Below are positions 12,151 to 23,716 of a stretch of 33,660 nucleotides of DNA, in pieces (within the stretch, counting starts at the first letter, position 1; each line of letters starts with the position of its first letter). Source of the DNA: Catajapyx aquilonaris (taxonomy: Eukaryota); assembly GCA_000934665.2 (NCBI GenBank), contig JYFJ02004252.1:1-33660 (forward strand), given 5' to 3'. A program made the translations under genes and the position numbers. The notes under the pieces were generated by a model. The model ran no database searches, had not been told where the DNA came from, and saw only the letters and a program-made list of their open reading frames with translations.

Positions 12151-12610
12151 ATAGGTTACCATAAAGGACTCACACACGGCATATCTCTAAATCTATATAC
12201 AGTAAGTAGCGAACATACAGTCTTCCGTGGATCGCCGTAGTAGTTGTGTGGAGAGATCATCACTGGTTGTGTTGCTCTCCTGAAGGTCTTGACAACGGCA
12301 TGATTCTCCTTCCTACTCCTGCAAAACTGGAAAGCTGCAAGATCCTCAGTCGATGACACCACGGTCTGGCCATCTGCATGCAAACGATGATGGGACACTG
12401 GCTCTAAAACGCGACAGAAAACTGGACTCTATTTGGTCCGCAAGACCTGAGGGTGAAATTCCCAACCATTCTCACGTACCATTATGGTGGCGACCAGGCC
12501 GTGGTCTGCCTGCTCGAGTAGCGTACCATGGGCAAACAGCCCCACTGCCTAGTGCAAGCAGACTCTGAAGAGGCTGAACCAGGAGGAGTGGGCGAGAAGG
12601 CAGGTGGCTT

Positions 12611-12744
12611 ACCAGGGGCACCACCACGATGGTCCGTGATCTGTTGACCCGCCTCAGCCGGACCACCGACACCCTGGGTGAGCCCCTCCTGAGGCAAGAG
12701 GTACTGCATGGGACATCTGGAGGGAGCAACAGCGCCATATCGCC
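12611..12744 (+). pseudogene. Probable Dada-like transposase fragment, part left of the P insertion
   Basis: TRG...LL..LS..TDTLGEPLL, then a frameshift, then DIWREQQRHIA, which continues in frame after the P element is removed. Confidence 0.55.
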
Positions 12745-12776
12745 TAAGGTGACTAAATAGAAAAGGTGGCGTCAAC
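12745..12776 (+). repeat. P element left TIR
   Basis: Exact reverse complement of 16741-16772. Confidence 0.97.
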
Positions 12777-12947
12777 CTTTGAAGTGAGCTGTGCCGCCAA
12801 CGGGGCTCTCTGATTGGTCCAGCCCGTTTCCTTTCCCGCCACCGGCCATTTTGGGTCGAAACTCCTTCGCCCTCTTCGCGGGAAAGCATGTCGGAAGCAG
12901 TGCGCTGGTGTGGTCAGTGAGCTCCCAGGCAAGAATAATAATTCATT

Positions 12948-15900
12948 ATGCCCGGGTGTTGCGCAGTGGGCTGCACTAACAGTACCGAAAAGGGCTTCAG
13001 ACTGTTCCGGTTCCCAAAGGAGCCGGGAAGACGAGCCAGCTGGGAAGCGAAGCTCAGGCGGGACAAGTGGAATCCGACTGACAACAGCAGGTTGTGCGAG
13101 GTATGGAAACCATTGGGTACTTGCATGATAAAAGCAGTTTCGGAGGCCATGTCGCGGCACACGTGACTACATTGCCATTTCTCATTGTTTTTTGTGCTTT
13201 TTATGTCTATATGTAGCCTACTATTTATGTTCAGTATATGGTACGTAATTATGTACTACCCGGTACTACCCCTTCCCTTGCAAATATATGGAAGGCTGCA
13301 AGTGCGGTTTGCAGAAAGTGACCAGAGGGAAGCTTGTACTCCATTTACTCGTGCTTGCAGTTGTGAACACCGTATAAGAATCAGTGTTTAGTTTTCAAGA
13401 AGCATTTTCATTGAAGGCCTATGCCCTATGCCGTTAATTATTGTCCTAAAATGTAATCTCTTGGGAAGAAGTGGTAGGCTATAGTCAGTAACGAACATGT
13501 GGCATAACATGTAACATACAAACATATCGCAACACTAAATAAGACAGGCGCTGTTCAGAATAAAACAATCGTTAATATCCCATTGCAGGCACACTTTGAA
13601 CCAACACAATTTGAACTGCAACGACTGGATGAGCGTAAGCTGCTACGTCAGGATGCCATCCCCACCATTTTTGTCCACAGGCCGATACCCAAGCATCGAA
13701 AGAAACCAACAAGACGACATTTGGATCCATTCGAAGCTGGATCAGCCTCTGCTGAAGATCATACCTGTGCAACCTGTAACATCCATGACCACTCATATGG
13801 AAAGAAACCAAGGGAAGATGGTAGGTAGTGGGGGAAACTGATAAATGTTATGCATATTTCTAACGTGTTATGTTACATTTCAGACCCAGCCACGACAACT
13901 GACTTGTCACATGCTGGCGATTTCACCCACCATCACATGTGTGATACCCCAGAAGCAGCACTAGGCATAGAAGATGAATGTCCAGCTCAAGCTTCAGCTG
14001 ATGAGCCACCAGTCCTACCTGAACCAAATGAAGATGTGGATAAGAGGGATTTGAAAGCATTGAGGTTCAGTCGGGACAGATTGCTTAAAAAGGTTATACA
14101 CTTGCAAAAGCAATTACGCCAAGCAAAAGCAGCCAACTTAATGCTACATAGTAAGTTAAATGGCTTCCTAAACACAGATCAACTTGAGTCTTTAAAGAGG
14201 AAATGTAATCGAGGTCACAAGTGGGGTAGTAAAACTATCAAAACTGCTCTTCAGATAAGAGCATCATGTGGTTCCAAAGGGTACGAAACTTTGAGGGCAC
14301 TTCATTATCCTCTACCGAGCACTAGCACTCTTCAAAGAACACTGCGAACAGTGACCTTTGAACCTGGCATTCTACATGATGTATTCAGTATGTTGCAGAC
14401 AAAAGTTGAGAACATGAATGAACATGAAAGACAATGTGTCCTGTTGATGGACGAGATGAATATTGCACCAACTTTTCAGTTCAACAAAGGGAGTAAATTG
14501 ATGATTGGAACGTGCATGTTGGCAAAAGTTGGAGCAGAAGATGTCTTAGCTAACCATGCCCTCGTGTTCATGTTAGGCGGCATTTCATCTAGGTGGAAGC
14601 AAGCAATAGCATACTACTTCACTGGGAGCAGTTTTGATCCACTGAAAGTTAAGGAAGTCATTATTGAACTGCTGAAGAAATGCCATGAAATTGGATTAAG
14701 GGTTTCGTGCATTACAAGTGATATGGGGTCGGGCAACAGGGCTGTTTGGCGCCTATTTGGAGTTGTGTGTGGGAAGTACTCAGTAACTGTTAACTCTGTC
14801 ACACATCCCTGTGATGACAAGGATAAGCTGTACTTTTTAGCAGATGTTCCCCATATACTGAAAAATGTTAGAAATTCTTTGCTGCCCAAGGAGGATGAGA
14901 ACAGGGGAACCAGTCAGTTTCCAATTATTACATTGCCTTCTGATGTTGTGGAAAAGCATGGTTTGCCAAGTCGTGACGTTAGCATGGAAGCAGTCCAAAT
15001 GGTCTTGGACTATCAGGATAGGAAAGACTTTAAGTTAGCTCATAAGTTGACAGAAGCACATGTATATCCTCAACAATTTGAACGAATGAAGGTGAGCTTG
15101 GCTACACAGTTATTCAGCAAGGATGTGGCTGCAGCTATTAGATTTGGCGTCACTGAGTTAGGGTTCGAGAAGAAGTATCTAACGACAGCTTGGTTTCTTG
15201 ATTTCATGGGTCAGTGGTTTACTCTAATGTCTTCACGGAGCCTCCAACTAGCCCTGTCCCATAAGGTCCCTGAAAAGCATGGTGAGGCTTTGAACACTTT
15301 AAAAACCGCTGTTCATGTGTTCGAGCATATCCACATTGGTCAAGGATGGAAGCCTGTGCAAACTGGTGTCATGTTGTCCACAAAAACGATTATTGACCTG
15401 CAAGATAAATTCTTGAACAGCACAGGGTATCATTACCTGTTGACATCCAGGTTCAGCCAAGATGCTTTAGAAAACCTATTTTCTTGCATCAGAATGTCTC
15501 AGCCAGTGCCTTCACCCGTACAATTCATACACGCATTGAAAATTGTAACCATCTGTCAGCAATACTTCCACATCCCAAAGCATAGCAGTTATAGTATCAG
15601 TGAAGATCAATTTCTGTGTGACTTTGTGGAAACTTGCAAAGATTCTGTACTTCCTGTAGCTGAACCAGAAGGTCATTGTGAAAGTTCTGATATTAATGCA
15701 GATGACCTTGACATAAGTGACACAATTGGCAATGTAGCAGATGCAAACATATTGTACTATCTTGGCGGATACGTAGTGAGAAAGGTATGTCGCAGTATCA
15801 ATTGTGACTCATGTTCATCTGTATTGAAAGCATCAAGCGCGGAAGCCCCTGCAACCTCAGCAGAAATGCCTTGTGCTTCAGGTATGAATAAAATTCACAA

Positions 15901-16252
15901 AGTAGGTACATTACAAACATTCAAAGCCATTAAGCCAGAAGCACTATGTCAATGCAGTGAGCAGGCATTCACTTTACTGAAGAAGGGAGAGAGTATATTT
16001 TGTGCATTGAAAGGAAGCAGATTAGCCAGTGTCAAGTCACCTTTGCCTGAATATCTCCTAGGTACGTACAAAAAGATACATGCAAGCACCTTCACAGAAA
16101 TGTGCCATGATTTGGATGTACTTGTGCTAAAGGCCTACTTTCTATTGAGGTTGCAAATTTGGGGTAAGCAAAGGACCAGGGAATATATCAAAAAAACAGC
16201 AGTAACTGGACATGGAAGTAGGAGCACAAGGATGCGAGTTGTTGTCAAGTAA
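12948..16252 (+). CDS. P-element (THAP9-like) transposase; exons 12948-13100, 13589-13820, 13884-16252; predicted 917 aa
   Basis: The THAP domain (MPGCCAVGC...FPK...W...LCE|AHF...DAIPTIF) is split by a phase-0 GT-AG intron. A second 63-nt phase-1 intron keeps the frame. Core motifs: LMDEM, TSDMG, ADVPHILKNVRN, RMKVSLATQLFS, QDALENLFSCIR, YLGGY and CxxC. Confidence 0.93.
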
Positions 16253-16740
16253 TCTGATGAGTTCATAATCGTTCTGTGAAAATGTGAGTGTCATATTGCC
16301 AAATCTAATTTATTCTTATCCTGATCCTAGCAGCATTGTGAAATAGGTTTTACCTTTTGTTATGTTTTTTTTTTTTTTTTCGATGTGCATGTTGTGCACA
16401 AGGATGCCAGATATTGTGGAGTGGTTCATAAGCATTATGCGAAAATAAAGTGAGTGACATATTGCAAAATGTAATTTATCCTGATCCTGATCCGAGCAGC
16501 AGTGTGAAATAGTTGTGTTATGGGCGCGTATTTTCGATGTGCATGTTGTCTTCAAAGTTGGTCCACCTGGATTCTGAAAATTCCAGAATAGTAACATGAA
16601 ATATCTAGATCAATTTTCAGAATGTCTAACAGCTACCAGAAGGGTTGGGTGGCACCTGAGGCCGAAGTAAAAGCAGTGGTGCATAAAGGGTCCATAGTGG
16701 CGGGCAGCCGATTTCGACCCAAGATGGCGTCAAAAGCGAA

Positions 16741-16772
16741 GTTGACGCCACCTTTTCTATTTAGTCACCTTA
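16741..16772 (-). repeat. P element right TIR
   Basis: GTTGACGCCACCTTTTCTATTTAGTCACCTTA. Confidence 0.97.
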
Positions 16773-16780
16773 ATATCGCC

Positions 16781-16940
16781 TGCCTCCAGGACCCGGCGGG
16801 GGTCCGCCTCTTCACACAACTCGGGACGGAGAGGAGGGGCAGTGCCAGGAGGCCAGTCTCCTTTCATGTATTCCAATGTGCCAGGGGCACTACGTCCCGA
16901 GAATCACTCCACGCCCATTTGGTGCGGTTTGTAGAACCTA
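16781..16940 (+). pseudogene. Probable Dada-like transposase fragment, part right of the P insertion
   Basis: CLQDPAGVRLFT...FQCARGTTSRESLHAHLVRFV. Confidence 0.55.
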
Positions 16941-17959
16941 TCTTGCCTGCATGGATCGCAATGCATAATGATATTGAAGTAAATTACACAAATCTCCCGT
17001 GTGGTTGCTAAGGAGGAAATGATTATCATAAGCTAATAAAAAAATCCACGTGTAAATGTGAATAAATTATATGCATTTAACTTTACTTGTACTAACATGG
17101 AAAAAATAGATATTCAATATTGTACCCACCAAGGGCGAAACATGTTGGGAACTGGTGCGTAATCTGTACTCATTGAGAAACATTAAATCGAGTGCCTAAG
17201 GAGACCACCTCTGACTCCTTACTCATTTCCCCAAATGCTCTGATATCCCACTTGCGTAAACGACGTGATACAAACCAAGGTAACCGCCAAACCCAAAAAC
17301 TGCAATGAAGAAACCAAGGACCGCGAAGAAAAGCAGGCGTCCTCCTCGGCAGTGGGCGAGACAAGACCTACCAAACCACATTACTCCAGAAGAGAAACTG
17401 TACTTCTTGGACCACTTCCCAGCTGCAGCTCGAATCGAGAGGACGTGCTTCACGGACTCTCACTCACAGTTCAAGGACGACTCAGACAGCGTCAAACCGG
17501 GCAAGCAGGGCGCTTGGGATAAAGTCCTATATAACGTTTGTAATGAACGCCCAAGCGCCAGACCACTGATTAAGGTGATTTAAATCAGTCTCGCCATATA
17601 ATTCTGAAGTGACCTAGTATTGTAATAGCCAGTGTTAACTCATTGTTACTTATTTGCTGTACTTGCAAAATTCCCAGCCGTTTTGGAGATCGCCAAATTA
17701 AATGTAGACGCAAACCCGAGATCACCAAATTAATGTATCCGCAAACTCCCCCGGTTCCCCGAGCGGCCGACAGACGAGAGCCACCATCGCCTCCGCCACC
17801 CACTCCCTCCCACGGGGGGCCCTAGGGGAGCATCACAGCTCCCCCCTCACACCCTCCCCCTGCCCCACTCCCCACCTCCCACCTACGCATCTCTCGGCCA
17901 ATCATCAGCCGATCCAACCTTCCAAAGGTACCTTCATTTCTCGCATGGTGGTTGTCGGA

Positions 17960-18210
17960 GAGAGCTGTGCTTTTTGCAAGGGTTTTCGTCCATTTCACCA
18001 CCACAGTACTCATTGTTGGTGGTTGATTGTTGGCTGATTGTTGCAGGTGCTTTTTGTCCATTTCATCACGACCGCACTCATTGTTGTTGGTTGATTCGTT
18101 GGTGAGTTGATTGGTGGGTGGGTGGGTTGGTTGGTTCATTGTTGCAGGTGCTTGCAGTTGCTTTTTGTCAATCACGACCGCACTCACATTGTTGTTGGTT
18201 GTAGTGCTGG
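17960..18210. repeat. Three degenerate tandem units of about 80-110 bp
   Basis: Recurring TGCTTTTTG(TC), CACGACCGCACTCA and ATTGTTG(T)TGG, separated by TTGG-rich tracts. Confidence 0.75.
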
Positions 18211-18404
18211 TCCTGGTAGTTGTCATTCATCATTGGTCACTCCGTTGACGACTTACTCCAGGTAATTGTTGCCAGCTCTCTAGCGGTGGTGGGTAGGACC
18301 TGGCGGGACGCGGAGCGCCGAAGGCGCGCCAATTGGGGCGCAGCCCCAAGGGGGGGGGCGCGGAGCCCCCCCCCCCCCCCNCCCCCCCCCCCCCGGCCTC
18401 GCAA

Positions 18405-19255
18405 AGCGAGTCAACTGATATAGGTGCAGTGAAGAACTTGTGCGTTTGTGTAAGGTTTGCTGATGGACGCCACGTCGTCCCAAAGTTATGGAGATTAGTT
18501 CAAGTCTTCAGTTCTCGCACTCCTGAAAATGCTGCTGAGGGTGCAACAGCTAGTCGCCTGTTTACGGAATTACAAAAAACATTTGACGAAGTTAATATTC
18601 CAAAGGAGAATCTGATTGGGTTCGCCAGTGACGGGTGTAATACTATGTTTGGATGCAATAATTCAGTTGCACAACGAATGACTGTGGATTACCCGGGAGT
18701 GGCGCTCACCAAATGTATATGTCACTCTTTACATTTGTGTGCAAGTGAAGCGTGCAAGAAACTGCCCCGTGCCGTAGAAGATTTAGCCCGCAACATATAC
18801 GGCATGTTCAAGAACAGCAACAAGCGACAAGCAGAGTTCGCAGATTTTTTAAAAAAAATGATGTGGACGTCCACAAGATGGCTGTCCTTGCAACAAGTGG
18901 TCGACCGAATTCTCAACAATGGATTCCACTGAAGGCCATCGAATTAAAGCTGGTGGCAGCGCAACATATCATTACGACTGTGGAAGACCCAACAACTAAG
19001 CTATATTATTTGTTTCTTCAATGGATCCTGCCGACGTTCGCGGAATTGAACAAGCTGTTTCAAGGAGATGGTGTCCTCGTTGCAACAGTCCACGAACAGA
19101 TGACCCAAACGTACAGATATATTCTCTCACATTACCTGGAGCAGCGGTATGTTCATCAAACAGATATGAGGAAAATTGATCAAAAACAATCCGCAAAATT
19201 TTTTGCCGCTGCCCCAACTGTACCTCGGGGTGTCACTCGCGAACATGGATAATGA
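18405..19255 (+). pseudogene. hAT transposase core fragment (ZNF862-like)
   Basis: ESTD, GFASDGCNTMFG, CICHSLHLCAS, SNKRQ and TRWLSL, with frameshifts. Confidence 0.92.
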
Positions 19256-20339
19256 GCCGGAGATCAGATGCAGGTCTCCCGTCCATTGGTAAAACCGTCT
19301 ATCTGCACTTTCGCGCCGAAATGAGTTAACACTGCCTCGGAAACCATCTGTGCTGTATCCACCGGAAAACCGAACAGAGAAGCGTCTATCTGCACCCTAT
19401 ACGGAAATATAAGCGTGTCACAATCATCTATCTGCAAGATTATTGCTGTAATGCCAAGGCAGAACCGTCTAGCTGCTAGCCAATCAGGGACGGAGGTTCT
19501 GGTCACATCCAAGATGGTTGATTGATTGATTAATGGTTTAATGGCGCAACAGCAGCAATGGCTATACTGCGCCAAGCACCTGTGACGTTGTAGGGGAGGG
19601 CAGGCAAGGCCACCCCACCCCCAACGTTGTCTCCAGCGGCGTCCAACGGCGTCTCCAGCAGAAGTGGATAGGGAATGTGGGACTTCCATTTGAGGCCCCA
19701 TTGTACCGGATCCTTTCAGTGGATTTGTTTGAACCGTGCCAGGTAAGTAATTGAACTAGTCGTAAATCGTAAGCGCAAGTAGTCTCGTGCGAAAAGAAAA
19801 CAAGTGCTTGGATAAGGCGGGTTCAAAAATTTCCATTATTCTGAGCAGATAGACGGTTTCGCCTATGGAATTAGGCGGACACATGGAAGAGGAGGGAAAT
19901 GCAGCCTGCCAGCTAGGTGCAGATGAAGCAGCCCCTAACTTGCGTTTACAAGTGGCTGCAGCTCCAGATGCACCAGGTAATTCATCCAAAGTATAGTACG
20001 TTTAAAAATACAGAGGTTAAAATCAATTTTGGTACCGGTACGCATAAGGGATAATAACTAGGCATACAATTGTATTTGAAATTGTAGATCAAAATGTCGA
20101 CGAAGGTAATGTTGCTGGACCCAGCACACAGATCCACCCGCAACCCCATGATGCAGACATTGAGCTGACAGATAGCTCACCATCAAGCGATTGGAAGCCA
20201 TCTGATGAAGGTGAAAGCGATTCATCATTTGATGAGGGGTTAAAAAAGTTATGTAAAGAAGCTGGGGTGGTTTCCACACGACGGATCCAAGCAGGAAGGC
20301 AGACACACACACAAAAAAGGAAAAGAGCTCTGGATGCAT

Positions 20340-20780
20340 TCGACCACTACGCGGTGCATCGTAGCCAGCCTTGAATCATGCCGAGATCAGCACTATTCCT
20401 TCCGGACAGTTTCCTTATAAATAGGGGCGTTTTGCCTTAAGAGAGAGGACCAGAGACGACAGAAGAGCGGACACCACGGGCGAGGCTACAGAAGACCAGA
20501 AACCCAACCGATCCGCTCAGTACACCCCAGGGCCAGGAGAAGACATCCTCTTCTCCTCCGAACCAACTCAGACGTTGATTCCCGCACACATAACCAGTAA
20601 GAGTACCTGTGTATTAAATTGTGTATTTATTCTTGAGACTGCAACCCCCAGAACCTGTAGCGTTGAGCCAAAGGGTGTAAAATTCTCACTCTTCTTCTTA
20701 GCAGTTAAAATAAACTCTTTCTCATTTACTGTTGAGTAAGTGTACTTATTTCTCTCATCCTGCGTTCACACAGAAAACTT
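20340..20780 (+). mobile_element. Partial LTR-like segment
   Basis: TATAAATAGGGG at about 20416, a purine-rich stretch after it, and AATAAA at about 20709. No clear TG...CA pair or TSD. Confidence 0.45.
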
Positions 20781-20819
20781 ATAGTCGACTGATCCTGCAC
20801 TCAAATAAATAAATGTCGA

Positions 20820-21961
20820 TGACACAGGAGCCATGGAAGCAGATGTTTATTGATAAATTTAAGAATGAGCGGAAGCGATCCTATCCAGGCAAGGAGGTCA
20901 CCCTAACCCCTAAGAAGAAGATATCAGCTTCGTGTTCCGGCCATTCTGGCAAGCAGAAGATATGCCAGAGGGGGAAAACGAAGACTCGTTGAAAAGACAC
21001 ATAATGTATATGAAATTACCTTTGTACTGCTTGTTATGAAAGATGTACTATTGAAATCACATGCCATGTTTCTTTTAGATGGATGAAAAATGACTACAAG
21101 AAAAAGGAAGGGGATGCAGCTCGAGTGGCAGAGCTAATGGATTTGACCTTTTCCAGCAAATGCCTAATAAACCGGCCCATAAGGGAGTGTCTGTCACAAT
21201 TTCCCTACTTAGCAGAACCACAACAGGTTGGCTAAGTTATATACTAGCATTGCATTTCTGCCTTAAAGACAAAATATGATACTTCCTATTAGCAACTGTT
21301 TCCTTTCTTTTTGTCTTTCTAGCTCATTCGAGAGGTGACCAGACTCCAAGGCATTGACATGACGAGTGAGCTCCACAGGAATTTAGGTCGTCTTCCTGCA
21401 GCACTTGTCAGTATGCTACCACCTCGAGAGAGCTCAGGTATTTATTTACATGGTCCATATTTAGAGTGTATTATGTTAGTGTTTATCATAAAGTTGTTGC
21501 TTTCAGAATTTTCATGCCAGCTACTGGTCCAGCTTCCAGAATATTTGGGAGATCGACTTGATCATCTCTTTTTGGTAAATATAGTTTACAACTTGTGTGA
21601 GGCGGAGTGTATGGCTTAGAATATTTTTTTCCCTGATTTCTTTTCTGACATTTTCAGAAACCAACAGACGATGTGATTTGCAGCACCTCAGGCCCTTCTT
21701 CTGCTTGTCCATGAAGGGGATCAAGAAAACATGGATTGCCACACAATACTGAAATTAGCAGCGGAAGGAGAGACTGTCTTTAAAGACTGTGAACCCGTAC
21801 TTGGAATAGCTGGCTTCCTTGCTCTCCATGTAGTATTTGGCCTCAAATACTACAAGCAAGATAGTACCATTGGACCTTGGGAGCAAGCATTTGGGTTAAC
21901 ATGCACTGTTAAATCAAAAAAGAGGAAGTTGGTGGCACTTCTGAAGGAATTGAGGCAATGA
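20820..21961 (+). pseudogene. Multi-exon fragment of an EnSpm/CACTA-associated accessory protein gene
   Basis: PWKQMFIDKFKNERKR, PEGENEDSLKRH, VAELMDLTF, SQFPYL and FLALHVVFGLKY, separated by short GT-AG introns. Confidence 0.65.
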
Positions 21962-22074
21962 GTCCACAAATTCCACAAATACGGGCAATTTTGTAGGGGG
22001 CATCCCAGGCTCTGCCAGTGCTACCCCCAGAAAAGATCTTGGAGGGGGGGGAAGTGGTAGATGTCGATGTGGAC

Positions 22075-22485
22075 CCCAGGTCTTGTCCGTCCACGGCGAA
22101 GAACGGAGGACCAACAACAATGTGGAGAGTTTTCACGCGAAATTGCTCCGCAAAATAGGGTACCACCCAAATGTGTGGCACTACCTAGGTAATTTAGCAA
22201 CTCGGAAGCACTTCATTGTTATAACAGGGTTATGTAATTTTGCATGGCAGACTTCACAGACGCTTCCAAAATATTTCAGAGAAACTTCGCGGGATTGAAT
22301 TCGCCGCACAGCAAGACTTGGCACACTCCTTGCAAGGCCTCCCGATCTCTCGGCCTAAGAAGCACAAGTATCTATTGCAAGATAGGCAAATTGTGATGGC
22401 CAACGACAAGTTGAGCAGAAACTTGTACACAGTAAGGCAATTTCTCCGGAAAACTGCCCACACCCTAACGGATGGGATTTCCTAG
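22075..22485 (+). pseudogene. MULE transposase C-terminus with catalytic Glu and retained intron (22189-22279)
   Basis: RTNNNVESFHAKL...HPNVWHYL|EKLR..E, spliced in frame. Confidence 0.85.
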
Positions 22486-22549
22486 GCAATGTGACACCCT
22501 AAAAGATTTCATTGTTATTTCCAAGTTATAATTTTGTAGTCAATACTTC

Positions 22550-22809
22550 AAATGACGCTTCCAATATTTCCATTCAGGAAAACTGCGTGAGACGGAGCTG
22601 GCAGCCAGGCGTACTCACCGGGGGCGTGCCATTGCGAGGGCGAAAAAACACAAATATGTGGTCCAAGACAGACGCATTGTGGTAGCCAGCAACAAGCTGG
22701 CTTCAAATGAATACAACATACGGCAGGTTGTGGCCAATACTGCGTATGCTACTCCTTACACCGCCATCGAACCCGAGGTCAATGGCGACGACGACCAGCA
22801 GGGGGGAGG
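22550..22809 (+). pseudogene. Second, diverged MULE last-exon fragment
   Basis: KLRETE...KKHKYVVQDRRIVVASNKL parallels KLRGIE...KKHKYLLQDRQIVMANDKL. The intron-end motif GACGCTTCCAA is shared. Confidence 0.75.
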
Positions 22810-22992
22810 CGAGATAAGTTAGTAAAGGCCGCTTCACAAACTCGACGTTGCGAAAGCGGGGCGTGTGGAGCGCGAAAAACTTGCGAGGGGCAATTCCCAA
22901 ATGCTGCGTGCGACGGCCGAGCGAAAGCGTGGCGCTAGCGTCCAACCGGGTGGACTTTCTGCGTGTGAGGAGCGAGCGCAGAGGAGGGGAAG

Positions 22993-23167
22993 ATGGCGGC
23001 CGCCATGGCTAAAAAGCGTAAGCTCCTCAAGGTGGAGGAAAACGACCGCATTATTGCCCTGGTCTGCTCCAAGGAGGCACTATGGAACGTCAAACTGAGC
23101 GTCTATAAGGGCGTCCGGCTCCAAAACTCCCTGTGGGAGGCTATATCTGAGGAAACACTGATCCCAG
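22993..23167 (+). pseudogene. Harbinger MADF/Myb-like protein, first exon
   Basis: IIALV....ALWN.....YK.......LWEAI, ending at a G|GT donor. Confidence 0.8.
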
Positions 23168-23172
23168 GTTAC

Positions 23173-23716
23173 CGAATTGTGGCTGCCAGTATCTCGGCAG
23201 CGGTTATTGCCTTCCTGCCAAACCTGTGGGACTGGTCCTGATTTCGTTCTACGAGAGCAAGCAGGGCGTCAAATCTATTGGGAGTCATTCTGTAAAATTT
23301 CTTAAAATACTGTGTATCATACTTCCAAAGATGTTGCATCTGTAAAAGTATAATTCTGTGAGTGAAAATGAAAAATCTTTTTTTTTCCCATTGACAATGT
23401 TGCGAATGGCCAAGGAACTATTTTGAAATTCGACGGAAACTTAACCTTGCCATTGTCGCAAACTCGCTTTCTGTAGGTCTTGTTCGCCACAACGGGTGGT
23501 TGCCCCATGTTCTGGGCCGTTGCTCCTCAAAAAGCAGCGACTCCAGAAGCAACCGCCTTTTTATTGTTTTGTTTTTTTGAGCAGCCACTTCCGACTTCGT
23601 CCTTGCAACTCTTGCCGACTTGGTACAAACCCACCGCCACCGTGCTTCTCTAACGCATCTAGTAACAAAGACTTCTTCTGGAGGAGAAGCTGCCTTCTGT
23701 CAGGGTCAGCCATATT
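23173..23716 (-). pseudogene. Harbinger transposase N-terminal fragment
   Basis: The minus strand at about 23173-23315 reads YFKKFYRMTPNRFDALLALV...RKAITAAEILAATIR and ends at a GTAA donor. Confidence 0.8.

Larger units (their letters stand above)
12745..16772 (+). mobile_element. Intact autonomous P-superfamily DNA transposon, 4,028 bp
   Basis: Perfect 32-bp TIRs TAAGGTGACTAAATAGAAAAGGTGGCGTCAAC, 8-bp TSD ATATCGCC (12737-12744 and 16773-16780) and an uninterrupted transposase. Confidence 0.97.

Noticed and set aside
13850..13883. Start of the 800-aa ORF as the true N-terminus
   Set aside because: It lies in predicted intron 2. The THAP exons upstream supply the N-terminus.
12948..16252. 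Domesticated THAP9 host gene
   Set aside because: Perfect TIRs and TSD show it is a mobile copy, so no gene symbol was assigned.
18345..18395. G/C homopolymer tracts as G-quadruplex or special structure (also 7960-8075)
   Set aside because: The runs contain or adjoin Ns, so their lengths are unreliable.
4730..20777. CACACAGAAAA at 20767 pairing with TTTTCTGTGTG at 4743 as ends of one CACTA element
   Set aside because: The motifs face outward rather than enclosing the interval, and the match is only 11 bp.
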